Of a stretch of DNA of 64,000 bases, positions 1 through 16,784 are shown piece by piece. Position 1 is the stretch's first letter, and the number at the start of each line of letters is the position of its first letter. Made by a program: the position numbers and the translations under genes. This DNA is from the human T2T-CHM13v2.0 reference genome, Homo sapiens, in the NCBI RefSeq assembly GCF_009914755.1, contig NC_060930.1; one strand, 5' to 3'. Under the pieces are notes generated by a model that did no database searches, was not told the DNA's origin, and saw only the letters and a list, made by a program, of their open reading frames with translations.

Positions 1-592
<592 letters not shown>

Positions 593-1219
593 AATAATGC
601 ACTTTTAAATCTACTTATGGGTCTTTAACTTACATGAAATCAGAGGCTGAGGACTCTACTCTGGTGGTCTTAGGGACAGCAGAGGGGGAGGGCAGGGACA
701 GCTACTGTCTGAACAGAAATTACAGGATGTGAGGGCTCTTTCTAACATTTTCAGTTTTGTTTTTTTCTTCCCACTTTCTTCACCCCAGGACTTTCAAAAA
801 GTGTGTTTTTGATGAATAGTTAATAATACATGAAAATGCTCATGAGTAAGAAAAAAGTTTTATAAAAGCATTATCCTGCTTTTGTTAAAAATGAATAAAT
901 ATGTATATGTGTATGAATAGAAGTAACCAGAAGAAAATGCGACAAAATTTTAATGGTGAGTTTTGCTAGATGCTTTTAACTTTCTTTGTATTTTTCTATA
1001 TTTTCTACAGTAAATCCATATTATTTTAATAATTAGAAAAAGCCCTAATATAATAACTGTACATCTAATCTCTCTGCATCTGTGAAAGACCACTCTTTAC
1101 ATCTTCATAACCAAATCCAAAGGCTGATTATCAAAAAGCAAAAGGAGAGATCATAAATAGATTGGAAATTGGGTGCTGACTCCCATCAGCCGCAGGTGGC
1201 AGCCTGGAGCATTATTTTC

Positions 1220-1529
1220 TTTTTTTTCCCTCCAACTTCTAAGTTCCGGGGTACATGTGTAGGATGTGCAGGTTTGTCACACAGGTAAACGTGTCATGGT
1301 GGTTTGCTGCACAGATCATCCCATCCCTAGGTATTAAGCCCAGCATCCATTAGCTGTTCTGCCTGATGCTCCCCCTCCCCCTACCTCCCACCCTCTGACA
1401 GGCCCCAGTGTGTGTTGTTTCCCTCCATATGTTCATGTGTTCTCATCATTCGGCTTCCATTTCTAATGTGAGGACATGCAGTATTTGGTTTTCTGTTCCT
1501 GCGTTAGTTTGCTGAGAATAATGGCTTCT
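1220..1529 (-). mobile_element. 5'-truncated L1PA 3' end with 19-bp TSD
   Basis: L1 3'UTR sequence flanked by agcctggagca(t/c)tattttc at 1201-1219 and 1530-1548. Confidence 0.9.
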
Positions 1530-2668
1530 AGCCTGGAGCACTATTTTCAAAAGGATTCTGAGCTAAGTCCACATTCCCCATGGGACAGTGCTGGGACCAA
1601 TGAGTGACACCTAGCATGGGTAAGGGCTGATGGGGTAAAGTATGAATGTCAGCCTATTTATCATTCCTCAGTGCTGGACGGCACCTTGGAGGACATCTGG
1701 TTGAAGTCCCTTATTAACAGATGAGGCAACTGAGGTCCAGAGATATGAAGTGACTTATTCAAGGTTCTAAAGGTAGAGCCAAGACCTGGGCTTTGGTCTC
1801 GACTCTACTTTCAGCTAATTTGTTCATGCTCACGTGGTTCTCTCCACCACAGTAATGTGGTAGGAATTCATCCATCCTGGCCTCTGATAACACAGATCTC
1901 TCCATAAACTCTTCACCCCTTCGGCAGTCCTGCCAAAGATGCCTGGTCTGCCCAACTCTGTTTCTTAGATTGTGATGCTCTTCTCCATACAAACTATCTT
2001 AAGCAGAGAAAACCCACTAAAACCACATCCAAAGGCTTGCATGTAGTGACCGATTTTACCAGTAGGTGGCAGTACCAACCAGGAATGGACCAAAAAAGCA
2101 GACACTTGGCAGCATTCTTAACCAAAACTCAGAAAGAAAAGCCCCTGATAGAATGCAATGTTTTGCAGACATATTTTTATGGAGGCACTTAAAATCTACA
2201 AGGCACATAAACAAGAGTGGAAGGAAATATAACAAATATTAAAAGCAGTTTTCAAAAGAGGTGGTATTTTAAATTCACTTTCCTTCTTAAATTATTTTGC
2301 ATCTTCCGTATCTTGTACAATGAACAAAAATTTTTCTTAATAAACTTACTAAAATCATGTCAGGTTATTTCAATACAACTTATGCAGAGTCTGAAAAGAC
2401 ATTAGAAAAGCTTTTGGAAATGTAATAATCTCTATTTCTGTCTCATGTCACATAATCATGCAAATAATAAGTGTGTAAAAAATGATGGAATCCTGTAATA
2501 CTTATTGATTGACTGATTGAGACAAGGTCTCACTATGTTGCCCAGGCTGGTCTCAAACTCTTGGCCTCAAGCAATTCTTCTGCCTCAGCCTCCAGAGTAG
2601 CTGGGATTATAGGTGAGTCACTGCATCTGGCTAAATTCTGTAATGCTTTAGTCATGTTAATGTATTTT

Positions 2669-2960
2669 AGGCCAGGTGCAGTGACTCACACCTATAATCC
2701 TAGCACTTTGGGAGGCCAGCCGAGGTGGGCAGATTGCTTGAGCCCAAGAGTTCAAGACCAGCCTGGGCAACATGGCAAAACCTTGTCTCTATAAAAAATA
2801 CAAAAATTAGTCAGGCATGGTGGTCCCAGCTACTCAGGAGGCTGAGATGGGAGGATCATGTGAGTTTGGGAGGCTGAGGCTGCAGTGAGCTGTGATCGCG
2901 TCACTGTACTCCAGCCTGGGAAACAGAGTGAGACCCTGTCTCAAAAAAAATAAAAATAAA
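2669..2960 (+). mobile_element. Alu (J-like), next to an antisense Alu monomer at ~2515-2633
   Basis: Alu consensus with A-tail. Confidence 0.85.
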
Positions 2961-3419
2961 TCTCATTAGCCTTACTTTTTTTAGTGATAGATTTAGTTAA
3001 ATTGGAGGCATAACGTTGAATTACTAGCACATGCATCTCTTTCAAGACAACTTGTTTAAATGTTCACTTGCTTGGGTGAAGAGGATTTACACAAATACAT
3101 AATGGTTATGCTGTTTCATCTCAAAACAACCTAAAATTTAACACTTTGGGTATTGGTTTACGTAAGCTAAGTGTTAATGTATTTACAAATAAATGTATTG
3201 GTGTCTCTGGAGTAGGTACATGAGTGTATTTAGTAAGTGTCCCTTACTACAAATTAGTGCAAATGTCAAGATTTCCCCCCGCCTTTCTGGCCAAATTCTT
3301 AATTTTAACTCTTATTTCAAGATACTTCCTTAACACTCTTCAAACATAAACTTAATTGTGAGCCAAGTTTGGCTACAGAAAACAAGGTTCTTCATTGAGA
3401 ACCCACCGTGAATCCTTAC

Positions 3420-3632
3420 CTGGCATCACAGGAATGATTTGACTCTCTGGTCCCCAAAAGGCGGAATGATTCCTCTTCTCTGTGTTTGATAATGCAGGTG
3501 GCTTGTTTGGGGCAGTGGCTTTCTGAGACTTTTCCACCAAGGAGTCACCCCCTGCATCTTCACTCGGCCCTGTGGTTCTTGGCAGGGCAGGACTAGCTGC
3601 CGTGTGGGTTACCATCTTGCGGTCCAGGCCCA
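3420..3632 (-). CDS. LRP11: LRP11 exon 5 (Ser/Thr/Pro-rich stalk), 213 nt, phase 1-1; gene continues beyond the window start
   Basis: Acceptor cacttcag|, translation LGLDRKMVTHTAASPALPRTT...IIPVMP, donor CAG|GTAAGG. Cumulative CDS is 1252 nt. Confidence 0.93.
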
Positions 3633-3864
3633 CTGAAGTGTGGAAGAGCTACTGTTAGTTGCTGGATTTCTTTTCTGAGCTTTAATACTAAAAACACTAC
3701 ATCTGCAGCTGATTTAAAATCACGGATATTTGGATGTAACAGCCCACTCATCTAAGACATGTCAGAGGACCATAAAAATCTATTCTCACGTTTTCAAATG
3801 GGTAATCTGTTCTTTCTTCTTCCAATAGTCAGCTTTCCAAATGTTACACATAAAGAAATGGACG

Positions 3865-4183
3865 GGGCCCAGCACGGTGGCTCATGCCTGTAATCCTAGC
3901 ACCTTGGGAGGCAGAAGTAGGCAATCACTTGAGCCCACGAGTTCGTGACCAGCCTGGGCAACAAGGCAAAACCCCATCTCTACAAAAAATTAACAAAAAT
4001 TAGCTGGGCATGGTGGTACATGCCTGCAGTCCCAGCTACTGGGGAGGCTGAGGTGGGAGAAACACCTAAGGCTGGGGAAGTCGAGGCTGCAGTGAGCCAT
4101 GATTATGCCACTGCACTCCAGCCTGGGTGACAGAGTGAGAACTGGTCTCATAAAAAAAAGAAAGAAAAGAAAAAAAAAAGAAA
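3865..4183 (+). mobile_element. Alu (J-like) in LRP11 intron 4
   Basis: Alu consensus with A-tail, flanked by aaagaaatggac direct repeats. Confidence 0.88.
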
Positions 4184-4676
4184 TGGACAAAGACTAAACG
4201 TAAACTTAAGGTTTTGAGACTCTTCGTCCTTCCTCAAATCCATACTTCATTACATTTTCTTCAGTTTTTCTTCTTTCTTACAGGGTGTTTCTATGTGTAT
4301 GATATTATAAGACTGATTTACAGCTCTGACTTAGCCACACCCTGGTGTATCGCAAATTTTCTTTAAAAAATTATCAAAACAAAGCATCAAATCACTTCAG
4401 TTTTTAAGAAAGCACATGACATGCAGCATTTTTAGGATAGAAAGAACCTGGAAAATTGAAAAAAATTAAAAACATAAGCAATACTAAAAATTTGACATTT
4501 GAGACTTAGACTAGAGACATATTGAATTCTCATTTAAGGCATAGCTTTTACATGTAAAGTTATAACTAAAATCAAGCAGGGGAAGGACACTGTGTTTGCA
4601 TTTCATTCTCAGAACACAGACCTCCCAACTCCATCCCTTCCAGCCACTGCCTAGCAATGTGACATAGCCAACTCAC

Positions 4677-4802
4677 GATTCTGGCAGAAGTCTTCATCAG
4701 ACCCATCAGGACACTGCTGCACTCCATCGCAGGCGAGCGTGATGTCAATGCAGCAGCCATCGTCACAGAAGAAGTGGTAGCGTGAGCAAGTGTGCAAACA
4801 TC
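4677..4802 (-). CDS. LRP11: LRP11 exon 4 (LDL-receptor class A repeat), 126 nt, phase 1-1
   Basis: Not in the ORF track. Hand translation gives GCLHTCSRYHFFCDDGCCIDITLACDGVQQCPDGSDEDFCQN (CDG...C.DGSDE motif). Acceptor aaatag|, donor C|GTGAGT. Confidence 0.95.
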
Positions 4803-5142
4803 CTATTTGTAAACAAATCTCAAGTCACACGAGTGCAGAAGTTCAGACTCTCAAGATGGGGATGACAAAGGGGAGTCCGTGGGGATGATAAAATGCACTT
4901 CGGGGAAGAGATGCAAATAATGAGGCAAACCTAACAATTCCAGCAACAGGTTCTGGAGAGGTTGGAGGGCTCTTTTTGAGCCTCCCGACTTAATTCTTCA
5001 GACTCCTCAGGGGCTCTTGGTCTGAGGGCTGTTCTCCATGCTTGCCTTGCCAGGAGGTGGCACACAGAAGCAACAGCCCAGGTCTCTCTCCACCCTTGAT
5101 TCCCCGCCTCAGCTGTCTCCCTCTTCATTCATTCATTCATAG

Positions 5143-5606
<464 letters not shown>

Positions 5607-5742
5607 TAATACTTTTCACTGAGATTAAGTTTTTACTATTGAATCCTATTTGTTGATTATCATAACGTCCCTGGTACTGTAGAGAATAAACAAAATTTAG
5701 TTATGGGCTGGCATGAATTTAGTTTCATGAAATAATGACATT

Positions 5743-6073
<331 letters not shown>

Positions 6074-6174
6074 TTAGGAGCTTTTAATTTGCAGTGCAAT
6101 TCATAGGAGCTACAAATATTTTCCTGAAATGCATTTTCCCTCTCCCTTGATTAAGCCAACTTTATTAGACTTAG

Positions 6175-6561
<387 letters not shown>

Positions 6562-8969
6562 TAAATCAAGAGGTTGGAAAAGGAGTCTATCTTGGTGTGA
6601 GGCAATTTGAAGATATATTGATCCAGGAGGAAGAGAGGTTAAAGAAAATAAATGGTGATAGAAGCTCCTGCGGAAGAAGAGGAAGCAAAGAGCCTGCAGT
6701 TATGACTGAGAACATGGGCCTGAAGGAGAGTCAGCTCCGGCCACTGGGAAGAAGCAGGGAGCGGAGGTGGGGGACACGCTGGATATCAAGCAGGATACAG
6801 TTCCTCGTCAGGTTTCTTAAATTCATGGCATGAAAATCCCAGATATCTCAAGGTTTTATTTATTCTTTGGTGATTTTGGAGATGGATCCATATTTGTAAA
6901 TTTTCTATCTATTTTTGGATTAGCAGCCTCCAAACTTTTTTGATCATGCATCCTGATCAATAATATATTGTTGAACAGGCATCTCCAGTTTATTTATTTA
7001 TCTATTTATTTGAGACGGAGTCTCGCTGTGTCGCCCAGGCTGGAGTGCGGTGGCACAATCTCAGCTCACTGCAGCCTCCAGCTCCCAGGCTCAACTGACT
7101 CTCATGTCTCAGCCTCCTGAGTAGCTGGGATTACAGGCGTGTCCCACCACATCTGGCTAGTCCGGTTTATTTATAAATAATACGTGCATACTACTGTACT
7201 AACATGGGGTGTATCTTATAAAATATACTCAAATTTTAAGGAAAAAAATTAAAAATCAGCAAAAATATAAACTCTGCTGTCTTCTTTCTCACCCTAAAAA
7301 TGTCTTGAACAACTCAAGGGCATCCTGTTTGGAGACTGCTGAGTTAGATCATGTTGGAAGAGCTTGCTGGCTTGCTGTTTGATCATTTTTCTAAGCATGA
7401 AAAATGTTCAAAATGTCAACTTATTAAAAATTGAACCAAGTTATGATCATATAAGCAGGGTACCTGCTCATCTGTCTACCTCAGCTAGTGTCACCCTTGG
7501 TTACCATAACATCTGGGTCATTCATTGCAAGACCAATACATACAATGCAGGGGAGGGAAACACTTGTCTCTTCTACCTCTATTTTCCAATGTCTCTCTGT
7601 GGTGTTTTATTAACTTTAATTCATAGCATGTTATTCCAATATAACCACTAAGTGATTCTAGACAGCAGTTAGTACTTCACCAATTCCTTTTTATTTTCCA
7701 TATAAAGTTACCCACACAAGACCTATACTCAAGCGGCCACTGAGTAATCAAAAATGATTCACACACCACTCTCTGCTACTTCAAATACAGTTTATTATCA
7801 TCTTGGAGAAGGGCCAGAAATTTACAGCTGGCAATTTACCTCTGGAGCCCGGAAAGCTGCCTGAGGAAATAAACCAGGACAAACAAGTGGCCGGTGAGGT
7901 GCTGGCCATCTGCTCATATCAGTGCAGGCCCTTCCTCCCTCCCAGGCACTTCAGCTGTACAAGAGCAATCCTTTTCTGATTTCTGTGGGGATGACAGGGT
8001 ATCTGTGTCTTTTTCCCAAGAGTCCCTTCCTCCCAGAGTCAGCACTTGACTCAGACCCTGTCCAGGTGAGTCCTGGTACCCAGGGGGAAAGCCCTCTAGA
8101 GGGCGCCCAGATCTACAGAAGTGAGCCATCCCTGCTGGAGACAATGTCATGTCTCCACTGGTCCTGGTGGCCAAGGGACCAATGATGTTTTGAGTAGCTG
8201 CCCAGCAAAGGGACTCAACAATGTTTTGAGTAGCTGGCTGGCTCTCCTGTCCAGCTGCAATGAATTAGCAGGGCTGATGGAATCCGGGCTGAGCTGGACA
8301 GACTGTTTACTCGCTATCACTGGTGACCTCACAGTGCTGGCACGGGCTGGAGTTTGGTGCCTGTCCTGTCTGTGAATGGTTACCCTGCTTCCTTACAGTA
8401 AGCTTAACCCCTGGCTGGACAGGTTGTCATCAGCCAAACAAATTTTTAATGCCGCCTATGAAAATTATCAAAGTTGACAAGTCCTTAGGATCCTAAAATC
8501 TCTAACTCCTTAGAAAATTTCATTTCCAGTATGCATACTAACCTCAGTTTTTGATAGAAGGCTAGATCCAATATAGTACAAGTAAATCACAGTCCTGTTC
8601 CAACTCTTTTATCCTCATTCTGCACTCTGCTGGCTTAATTACCATCTGGATCCTGAGTATTGAATACTGAGAATTCAAAAATGTCACAGACTTACTGCAA
8701 GTTTACCAGAGTCAGGGACCACCAGTGCACCACTCTATCCCCAGTGCCTGGCAAGGACCCTGCACACTGCATACACTAAGAAAATACACGATGACCGAGT
8801 AACAGGATATTTAAATGTACAAGACCTTAGCACCTCTCCAGAAGTGAATTGTGTGTGTGGTGAGGGGTTCCCTCTACAATACTACAATATCTTTAGTGTC
8901 GCTAAGTTCCATGCAATGGATATTTTAAAAAATTTGATGACCTAATCTTTCTTAGACATGTAGACGTTG

Positions 8970-9267
<298 letters not shown>

Positions 9268-9584
9268 TGTAGATGTTTAGAAAAGTAAGAAACATAGATG
9301 AATGAAATAAGTTTTACATTGTTACATTGTACAACAGAATGTGAGAACCATCATATGTATTTAAAGTTATATTATTAATATAACTGCATCTGCGTAAAGT
9401 GTCTATGAAAATGTGTAGGTAGCACTTTCAAATTGATGGGTCCTTTGCGTATTTCAATTAATTTTAACCGTACTCCTTAGCTGCACTCTTTTTCTCTTTC
9501 TAAAATTTTTGAAGTGACTTATATCAGCAATTGATTACACCCAAGAGCCAAGTCTTTCTTCAATCCTGTGGTATGCCTTTTCCT

Positions 9585-9955
9585 TGTTTTTTTAATATGT
9601 ATTTTTAATTGACAAAAGAGGAGAGTATATATTTATGAGGCACAATGTGATGTTTTGATATATGTTTGCATTGTGGAATGATTACATCAAGCTAACTGAC
9701 ATATCTATCATCTCCCCTACTTGTAATCTTTTTGTGATGACAACATTTAAAACCTACTGTTTTAGCAATTTTGAAACAGACAATACATTATCATTAACTA
9801 TAGTCACCATGCTGTGCAACAGATCACCAGAACCTGTTCCTCCGGTCTCAGTGACACTTTGTACCCTTTGACCAGCGTCTCTCCTTTCCCAGTCCGTCCC
9901 CCGCACAGCCTCCAGTAACCGCCATTCCACTCTCTGCTTCCACGAGTTCAACTGG
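9585..9955 (-). mobile_element. Old L1MA-type 3' fragment
   Basis: Characteristic 3'UTR text (ttaactatagtcaccatgctgtgcaacagatc). Confidence 0.75.
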
Positions 9956-10318
9956 TTTCACTAAACTCCTTAGCTTCCCTCTTGGAACAGATGCAGCAAA
10001 TGGACCATCCATCTGTAAACAAAGTCCTCTCCCAGAATAGCCAAGCAATTGTCTTTGATGAAGTCGAGTCAAGAGAAGCGGGAGCATCTCTTCTCATCCC
10101 CTGGAGTGCTCCCTCCACCCCAACCCAGTAGCATCGGCTAAGCCCAAAACAGAAGAGAGCCTGCTTTTGTTATTGTGTTTTTAGCAAAGACTCTCTCATT
10201 CAGCAATAACCAAAAATAAAATGGAAGAGCCCATGGAGCGCAGAGCCAGAGGACAAAGCGCCAACCCGACATTGCCTTCCACAAGCAGTGGGAAGCGAGG
10301 GAAGGACTTTCTTCTCAC

Positions 10319-10460
10319 CTCCTGTGGAGTAGGCTGCGCGAAGCACTGTCACTGACACGTTGTCAGAGCTTCTCTGCCCGGCAGTGTCCGTCACGGTCAG
10401 CTGGAAGGTGTAGGTTCCCTCCTGTAGGTGGGACAGCTTCAGGGTTCCTGATTGAGGCAC
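10319..10460 (-). CDS. LRP11: LRP11 exon 3 (PKD domain, C-half), 142 nt
   Basis: Acceptor tgtggcag|, translation VPQSGTLKLSHLQEGTYTFQLTVTDTAGQRSSDNVSVTV (PKD signature GxYxFxLTVTD), donor GAG|GTGAGA. Confidence 0.96.
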
Positions 10461-11266
10461 CTGCCACACAGATGGGACACATCACGTCGAGCAGCAGACT
10501 TGAGCTCCGAGCCCAACACCATCCTCAACCGAAAGTCCATGTCCTCAGAGCAGCCCCAGGACCTGCCTCTGCACTCCAGCCCGAGGCTGCTGAACTACAT
10601 CACACACTGTTGGCAGCTGGCCCACCTTGAACTCATAAGTTCTAGTTTATTTAGGTGGCCAAGGCCTTGACTGACAATCCCTTCACTTGTCTGCAGCAGT
10701 TGCTGCTCCAAACCTGCACCTCATCCCCAGCCTCACGCTCAGGATCCAGGCCCTGCCGTCTCAGCAGGGGGACTCATCAGCTTCAGGGAGAAAATCAGGA
10801 CCATGACTAGGGCTCCACCACCCACCTCCTCCTGGTACCCTACCTGTACCCACTGTCACTTCCTTCTGACAGCCAGCAGGGAGAAGCTGTCCCTCCTGTG
10901 TTCCAGGCCAACCCCTCCTTCTAGTCCTTGCCCCCTTTCTTTCTAGGACCTTTAGAACACTGACACATCGACTCATTTCTCTTTCAAATGGCTCTGCTAT
11001 TACTATGCTCAAGTTTCTCTCATCCTAAGAAACAAACAAAACAACAAATAAAAAAAATTCCCTGAGCTCTAAGGGCTCACCAGCCACAGCCCCGCTTCCT
11101 TCCCATCTCCACTTGGCTCCCTGAAAGGCCTGGCTGTGCCGTGCTTGCTGTTTCTGTTTGCTCACTTCCCATTTAGTCTTCGCCCACCCAATGTAGCTGC
11201 TTTCCCCACCATCCCCCTGAAACAGTGCTGGCAAAACTCACTAACTGACCTAGCAAAAGTCTCCTA

Positions 11267-11603
<337 letters not shown>

Positions 11604-13966
11604 TCCATGTTTAACTGGCCCTCTTACTGTATCTGGCCATGCTGGCCACTTTGGCTGTTTGAAAACCCCTGCTTCCTTGGCCTCCTTTTCTATCCAAGTT
11701 CCCCCAGTCATTCATTGCAGAAGCCCTCCTGGGCTTCAGTTCTGATCACTCCCTAACCCAGGGCTCCATGCTTGCCCTCTGCTCTCCCAACATTCACAGG
11801 CAGCTTGCTGAGCATGCTGGAACAACAGCTTCTGAAGCTCAGCTCTGTGGTAGGATTTTGGGAGTCACTGCTGGACAGTCAGCCTGAAGACTGTTTTTCC
11901 AGCTCTCCTAATGATTCTATTACCTATTTAATATTCTATTTAAAAAAATTCCTTTCTGCTTAAATGAACTAGTCTGGATATTGTCCTCTGCAGAATGCTG
12001 ACCATTTGACATTCTATTACATTGATGCGTTAATAATGGACTTTGGAAATTACAGAGGATGGGATTGTACTATTATAAGAACCATCTGCTTGTTTTTAAT
12101 TAGGAAATCCTAGAATTTGGACTGACTTAGGCTTAGAGGATTTGTCAACATTACATATACACACCCATAGGATGCTTTACAATCATTTAGATATAATGAG
12201 ATTACCGTGGTTGTCATATGTTATGCCACTTTAGCTAAGGAATGGATTTCCAGGTCCCAGCCTCAGAGAGTCAGAGTCAGTGGGTTGGTCAGGAGAGCAG
12301 GACCCAGGATTCTACACTTACCAAGCCCACCCAGGTGACCCATGATCACACTGAAAGAAACACTGGTGCGTGGTTAAGAGCACAGAACCCGGTGTCCAAT
12401 AGACATGGGTTTGAATGCCAGCCCTACCCCGTACCAGCTGGCTGATGATGTACAAGTCACTTAACGTCTCCAAACCTCATTGTTTTCATTTGTAAAATGG
12501 AAGTAATAATAGCACCTACCTGATGAGGATCAAATAAGGTAACTCATGTAAAAGAGCTGGGCCTGGCCCATAGTAAGCGCTTAAATATATCCACCATCTC
12601 CACTGGTTGATTCTTATCTCTAACTGAACATTACACAATGACTCTTTACAGACAAAGAAACGAATCCCCGTGAAGTGATTTTCATTCACTGCGACAGTGA
12701 CAGAATTGAGACCTCGAGTTGTAAAACAGTCTACACTGGCCTACAAGCTGTCCACCACTTTCCCTGCAGAAGCCTTACTTTGGAGGGCTGGCAATGACGG
12801 CCACCTGCCTTTTGTTGTTTATTTCAAAGAGATGTTAAGCAGTGCTCACTGCCACGCTGTTACATTACCTTCAGGCCCAACTACACTGACAGAATGCCAA
12901 ACGGGTCATTTACGTGAGTGCTAAAATACTAAGGGCAGCAGAGAGAGCTCTAATGACAATAAGAGAACTTCCAAAGAGCCTGGAGTGGGCTGCTGATGCT
13001 AGGAATCAGAACCCACTGAAATAAAAGTGGAAGTCAGTCTGAGACAGGACAAGACCAGATAATGTCTTAATCTGATCAGATAAGACTTGGGGCTCAGGTC
13101 TTATCTGGTCAGATAAGATCAGAGAATCAGATAAATAAGAGTGAAAACAAGACTAGAACTCTGGTTTGAGACCTCAAGATTGCATTTAATGATCCTTCTA
13201 TCTCACCTCCAATCCATCAGGAATTTCCATGGGGTCTGCCTTAAAAACACATCCAGAATTTGACCATGTATCACCCTGTCCGCAGGTACCACCTTGCTCT
13301 GACCCCAGCCTGTCTCTTGCCTGGGTCACTGCAGTGGCCAGGAGGCCTGAGCTCTGGGAAGACCAGGGTCTGCTGTCTCCTTTTTTCTGGAAACTTTTCC
13401 TCCCACCTTCATCCGCAGTGAGAGGAAGGTCAGTTATGGCCTCTTCCCATGGGCACCAGGCTGAACCAAGGCAAGACAAAGACAGGGCAAGGTGCAGGTG
13501 GTGAAGCTCAGAGCTGCATAAGTGGAGAGGTGGGCGGGTGTGTCACAGGCTCTGGCTCTCTTTAATCCTAGCTTGGAACCAGGCTGGTGGGCAGCAGTGC
13601 AATAGCTTATGCCCTCATTTACTGTCTCTTGGGACTTAGGAACACAAGGGAGCATGGCTGCAAATGACAGGCATGCTGGAGTATGTCTAGGTGAGACCCT
13701 GCAGCCTTCAGTCAAGTAAGGTGACACAAGAAAGCTGCTCTGTCCCAGCTGCTCCGCCTGAAAGCAGACAAGAAGCCCTGAGACTGCCAGGGAGCAGCAG
13801 GTGCTGGCCCCCTGCCATGGTATGTGAGTGGAGGCGTGGGCTGCAGGATTGATTCGGAGCAGAGATTTAGAAGGTTGGTGTGACGGGGATGCTGAGTCAT
13901 GACCAGATTCTGAGAGTGGCCATCGGAGTGGAGACAAAGTTAACAGAGATTTTAAAAAACACCAAG

Positions 13967-14425
<459 letters not shown>

Positions 14426-15143
14426 TCAGTGAGTCACTGAGCTTCTGGGTGTCAAAGCTCAGAGTGCCAATGTCAGACTAAACTCTGCAGGCCTGCGGTT
14501 CACTAGCAAGCCTCTTGTCAACACTGGGGCTGAAAGGACAGAGCATCCCTGGGTCAGGGGCCATCCTCACACCTGGCCTTGGCATGCTTCCCCCCTGCCT
14601 GCCCAGGCACTGCCTCTCTGATACAGGCAACACTGGGTCCAGATGCAGATGATGATATCACCTCAGCCTCCTGAGCACACTCCAGTTTAGATCTATCCAG
14701 ATTGAATGTCCCTTCCCTAGCTCTTTTAGCTAACGAGAGCTGTCTCTCCTGCATTCAGATATTTAGAAGATGTAGAACTGTCACACGGATGCTTTCCCTT
14801 TAAGGGCCCAGGTGACCCTTCTATACATTTTCTCCCATTAGGATGACACTGGAGAGAGGGTTTACAGTGTTTCACAGACATGTTCCAAGTATCAGGATAA
14901 AAAACTATCTATATATGTACACACAACATATCCAATTTGTAACTTGGAAAAAGACATGATCATAAACCAGGAGCTCCCAATCTCTGCTCAAGATCCCTGT
15001 TCAGCAGTAACAGCCTTTGGTGGTTGGCTTCTGGCCAAATCAATGAATGACTCAGCCTGTTGTCTGACTCAACCCCATCTTCCTAGCTAGGAATTCAGTG
15101 GCTAGCAATACACGTTTGGGCTTCTCATATATGTCTAAACTAA

Positions 15144-15147
<4 letters not shown>

Positions 15148-15193
<46 letters not shown>
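15148..15193. repeat. (CA)n microsatellite
   Basis: About 23 CA units. Confidence 0.95.
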
Positions 15194-15194
<1 letters not shown>

Positions 15195-15359
15195 TGTATA
15201 TACTTGGTTACAAAGACTTAGTAATACCTGTCTATTTAAAAAAATTATGTACAGCAGGTAGGCCAGGATGCAGTTAGTTTTAATTTAATAATGAAGTTGT
15301 TGGTTTAAATAATGCCCATCCTTTAGCAAGCTTCCTTACGTGTGGTTTTCTGAAGTCAC

Positions 15360-16440
15360 TGCTGTAGACTGAATGGCTGAGTGCCCTCCCAAGGTCACAT
15401 GTTCAAACCTAACGCCCAGTGTGATGGCGTTTGGAGATACGTGCTCATGAATGAGGTTAGTGCCCTTATAAAAGAGGTCCCATGTTATTAAAAAGTAAAA
15501 AACAAAACAAAAAAAACCCCACCAGATGCTGGTGAGGTTGTGGAGCAAAGGGAACACTTACACACTGCTGGTGGGAGTGCAAATTAGTTCACCCATTGTG
15601 AAAAGTGGTGTACTGTGGAAAGTGGTGTGACAATTCCTCAAATAACTAAAAACAGAACTATCATTTGACCCAGCAATCCCATTACTAGGTATATACCCAA
15701 AGAATACAAATTGTTCTACTATAAAGACACATGCATGCATATGTTCACTGCAGCGCTATTCACAATAGCAAAGATATGGAATCAACCTAAATGCCCATCA
15801 ACGGTAGACTGGATGAAGAATATGTGGTACATATACACCATGGAATACTATGCAGCCATACAAAACAACAAGATCATGTCCTTTGTAGGAACATGGATGC
15901 AGCTGGAGGTCCTTATTCTCAGCAAACTAATGCAAGAACAGAAAACCAAATACCACATGTTCTCACTTATAAGTGGGAGCTAAATGAGAACACATGGACA
16001 GAGAAAGGGGAACAGCACAACGCTGGGACCTACTTGAGGGTGGAGGATGGAAGGAGGGAGAGGTTTAGAAAAAAAAAAAAACTGCTGGGTAATATGCTTA
16101 ATACTCAGGTGAGGATATAATCTGTACACCAAGCCCCTAAGTCATAAGTTTATCTATATAACAAACCTGCACATGTACCCCTTAACCTAAAAGTTAAAAT
16201 ATGTTTAAATATAAAATAAAAGAGGCCCCAGAGGGCTGCCTTGCCTCTGTTGCCATATGAGGACACAGTGAGAAGATGGCTGGTTATAAAATAGGAAATG
16301 GGTCCTCACTAGACGCCAAAGCTGATTGTACCTTGATTTTGGACTTCCCAGCATCCAGAACTGAAAGAAATTCATTTCTGCTCTTTAGAAGCCACCCAGT
16401 CATGGTGTTTTATTATAGCAGACCAAATGGACTAAGATAA
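15360..16440 (+). mobile_element. MaLR (MLT1A-like) LTR interrupted by an L1PA/PB 3' fragment (15483-16216)
   Basis: The LTR halves rejoin across the L1. TSD taaaagagg(t/c)ccca at 15469-15482 and 16217-16230. ORF2 C-terminal peptide in ORF 15711..15983. Confidence 0.82.
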
Positions 16441-16784
16441 TCATTTAGAAAATTTTAAGCAACTGACGAATGTAAATCAATATACTGATTTATGAATTCC
16501 AAATCTCCTGAATGTCCTACTTTGTATCATGTTCCTAAATGTCATATTTTACATTCTGACTTCAGATTTAAATGTATTATGTTTAATAACCATGAAAGTC
16601 AGCATCATTTAATGGGCTGCCTGAAAAATATGTGTCATCTTGCATTTTGATGTATTATAAATATTCAGTTAAGTGGATGTAAAATATCCTGTTCAAGGGC
16701 ATAAAATATATAACTTTAAATCCAGTGGATAGCCTCTTGGTTCTGACCAATCATCCATTCTGTCTTCACAAATGAAAAAGACAG

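Noticed and set aside
3373-3419. Read-through of LRP11 exon 5 (GKDSRWVLNEEPCFL*) as a secreted isoform; similar extensions after exons 2 and 3
   Set aside because: The donors are strong and I found no canonical minus-strand poly(A) signal close downstream of exon 5. It cannot be supported from sequence alone.
13434-13937. 167-aa minus-strand intronic ORF (also the 170-aa ORF at 29267-29779)
   Set aside because: No recognisable homology or supporting splice structure; the length is compatible with chance in 64 kb.
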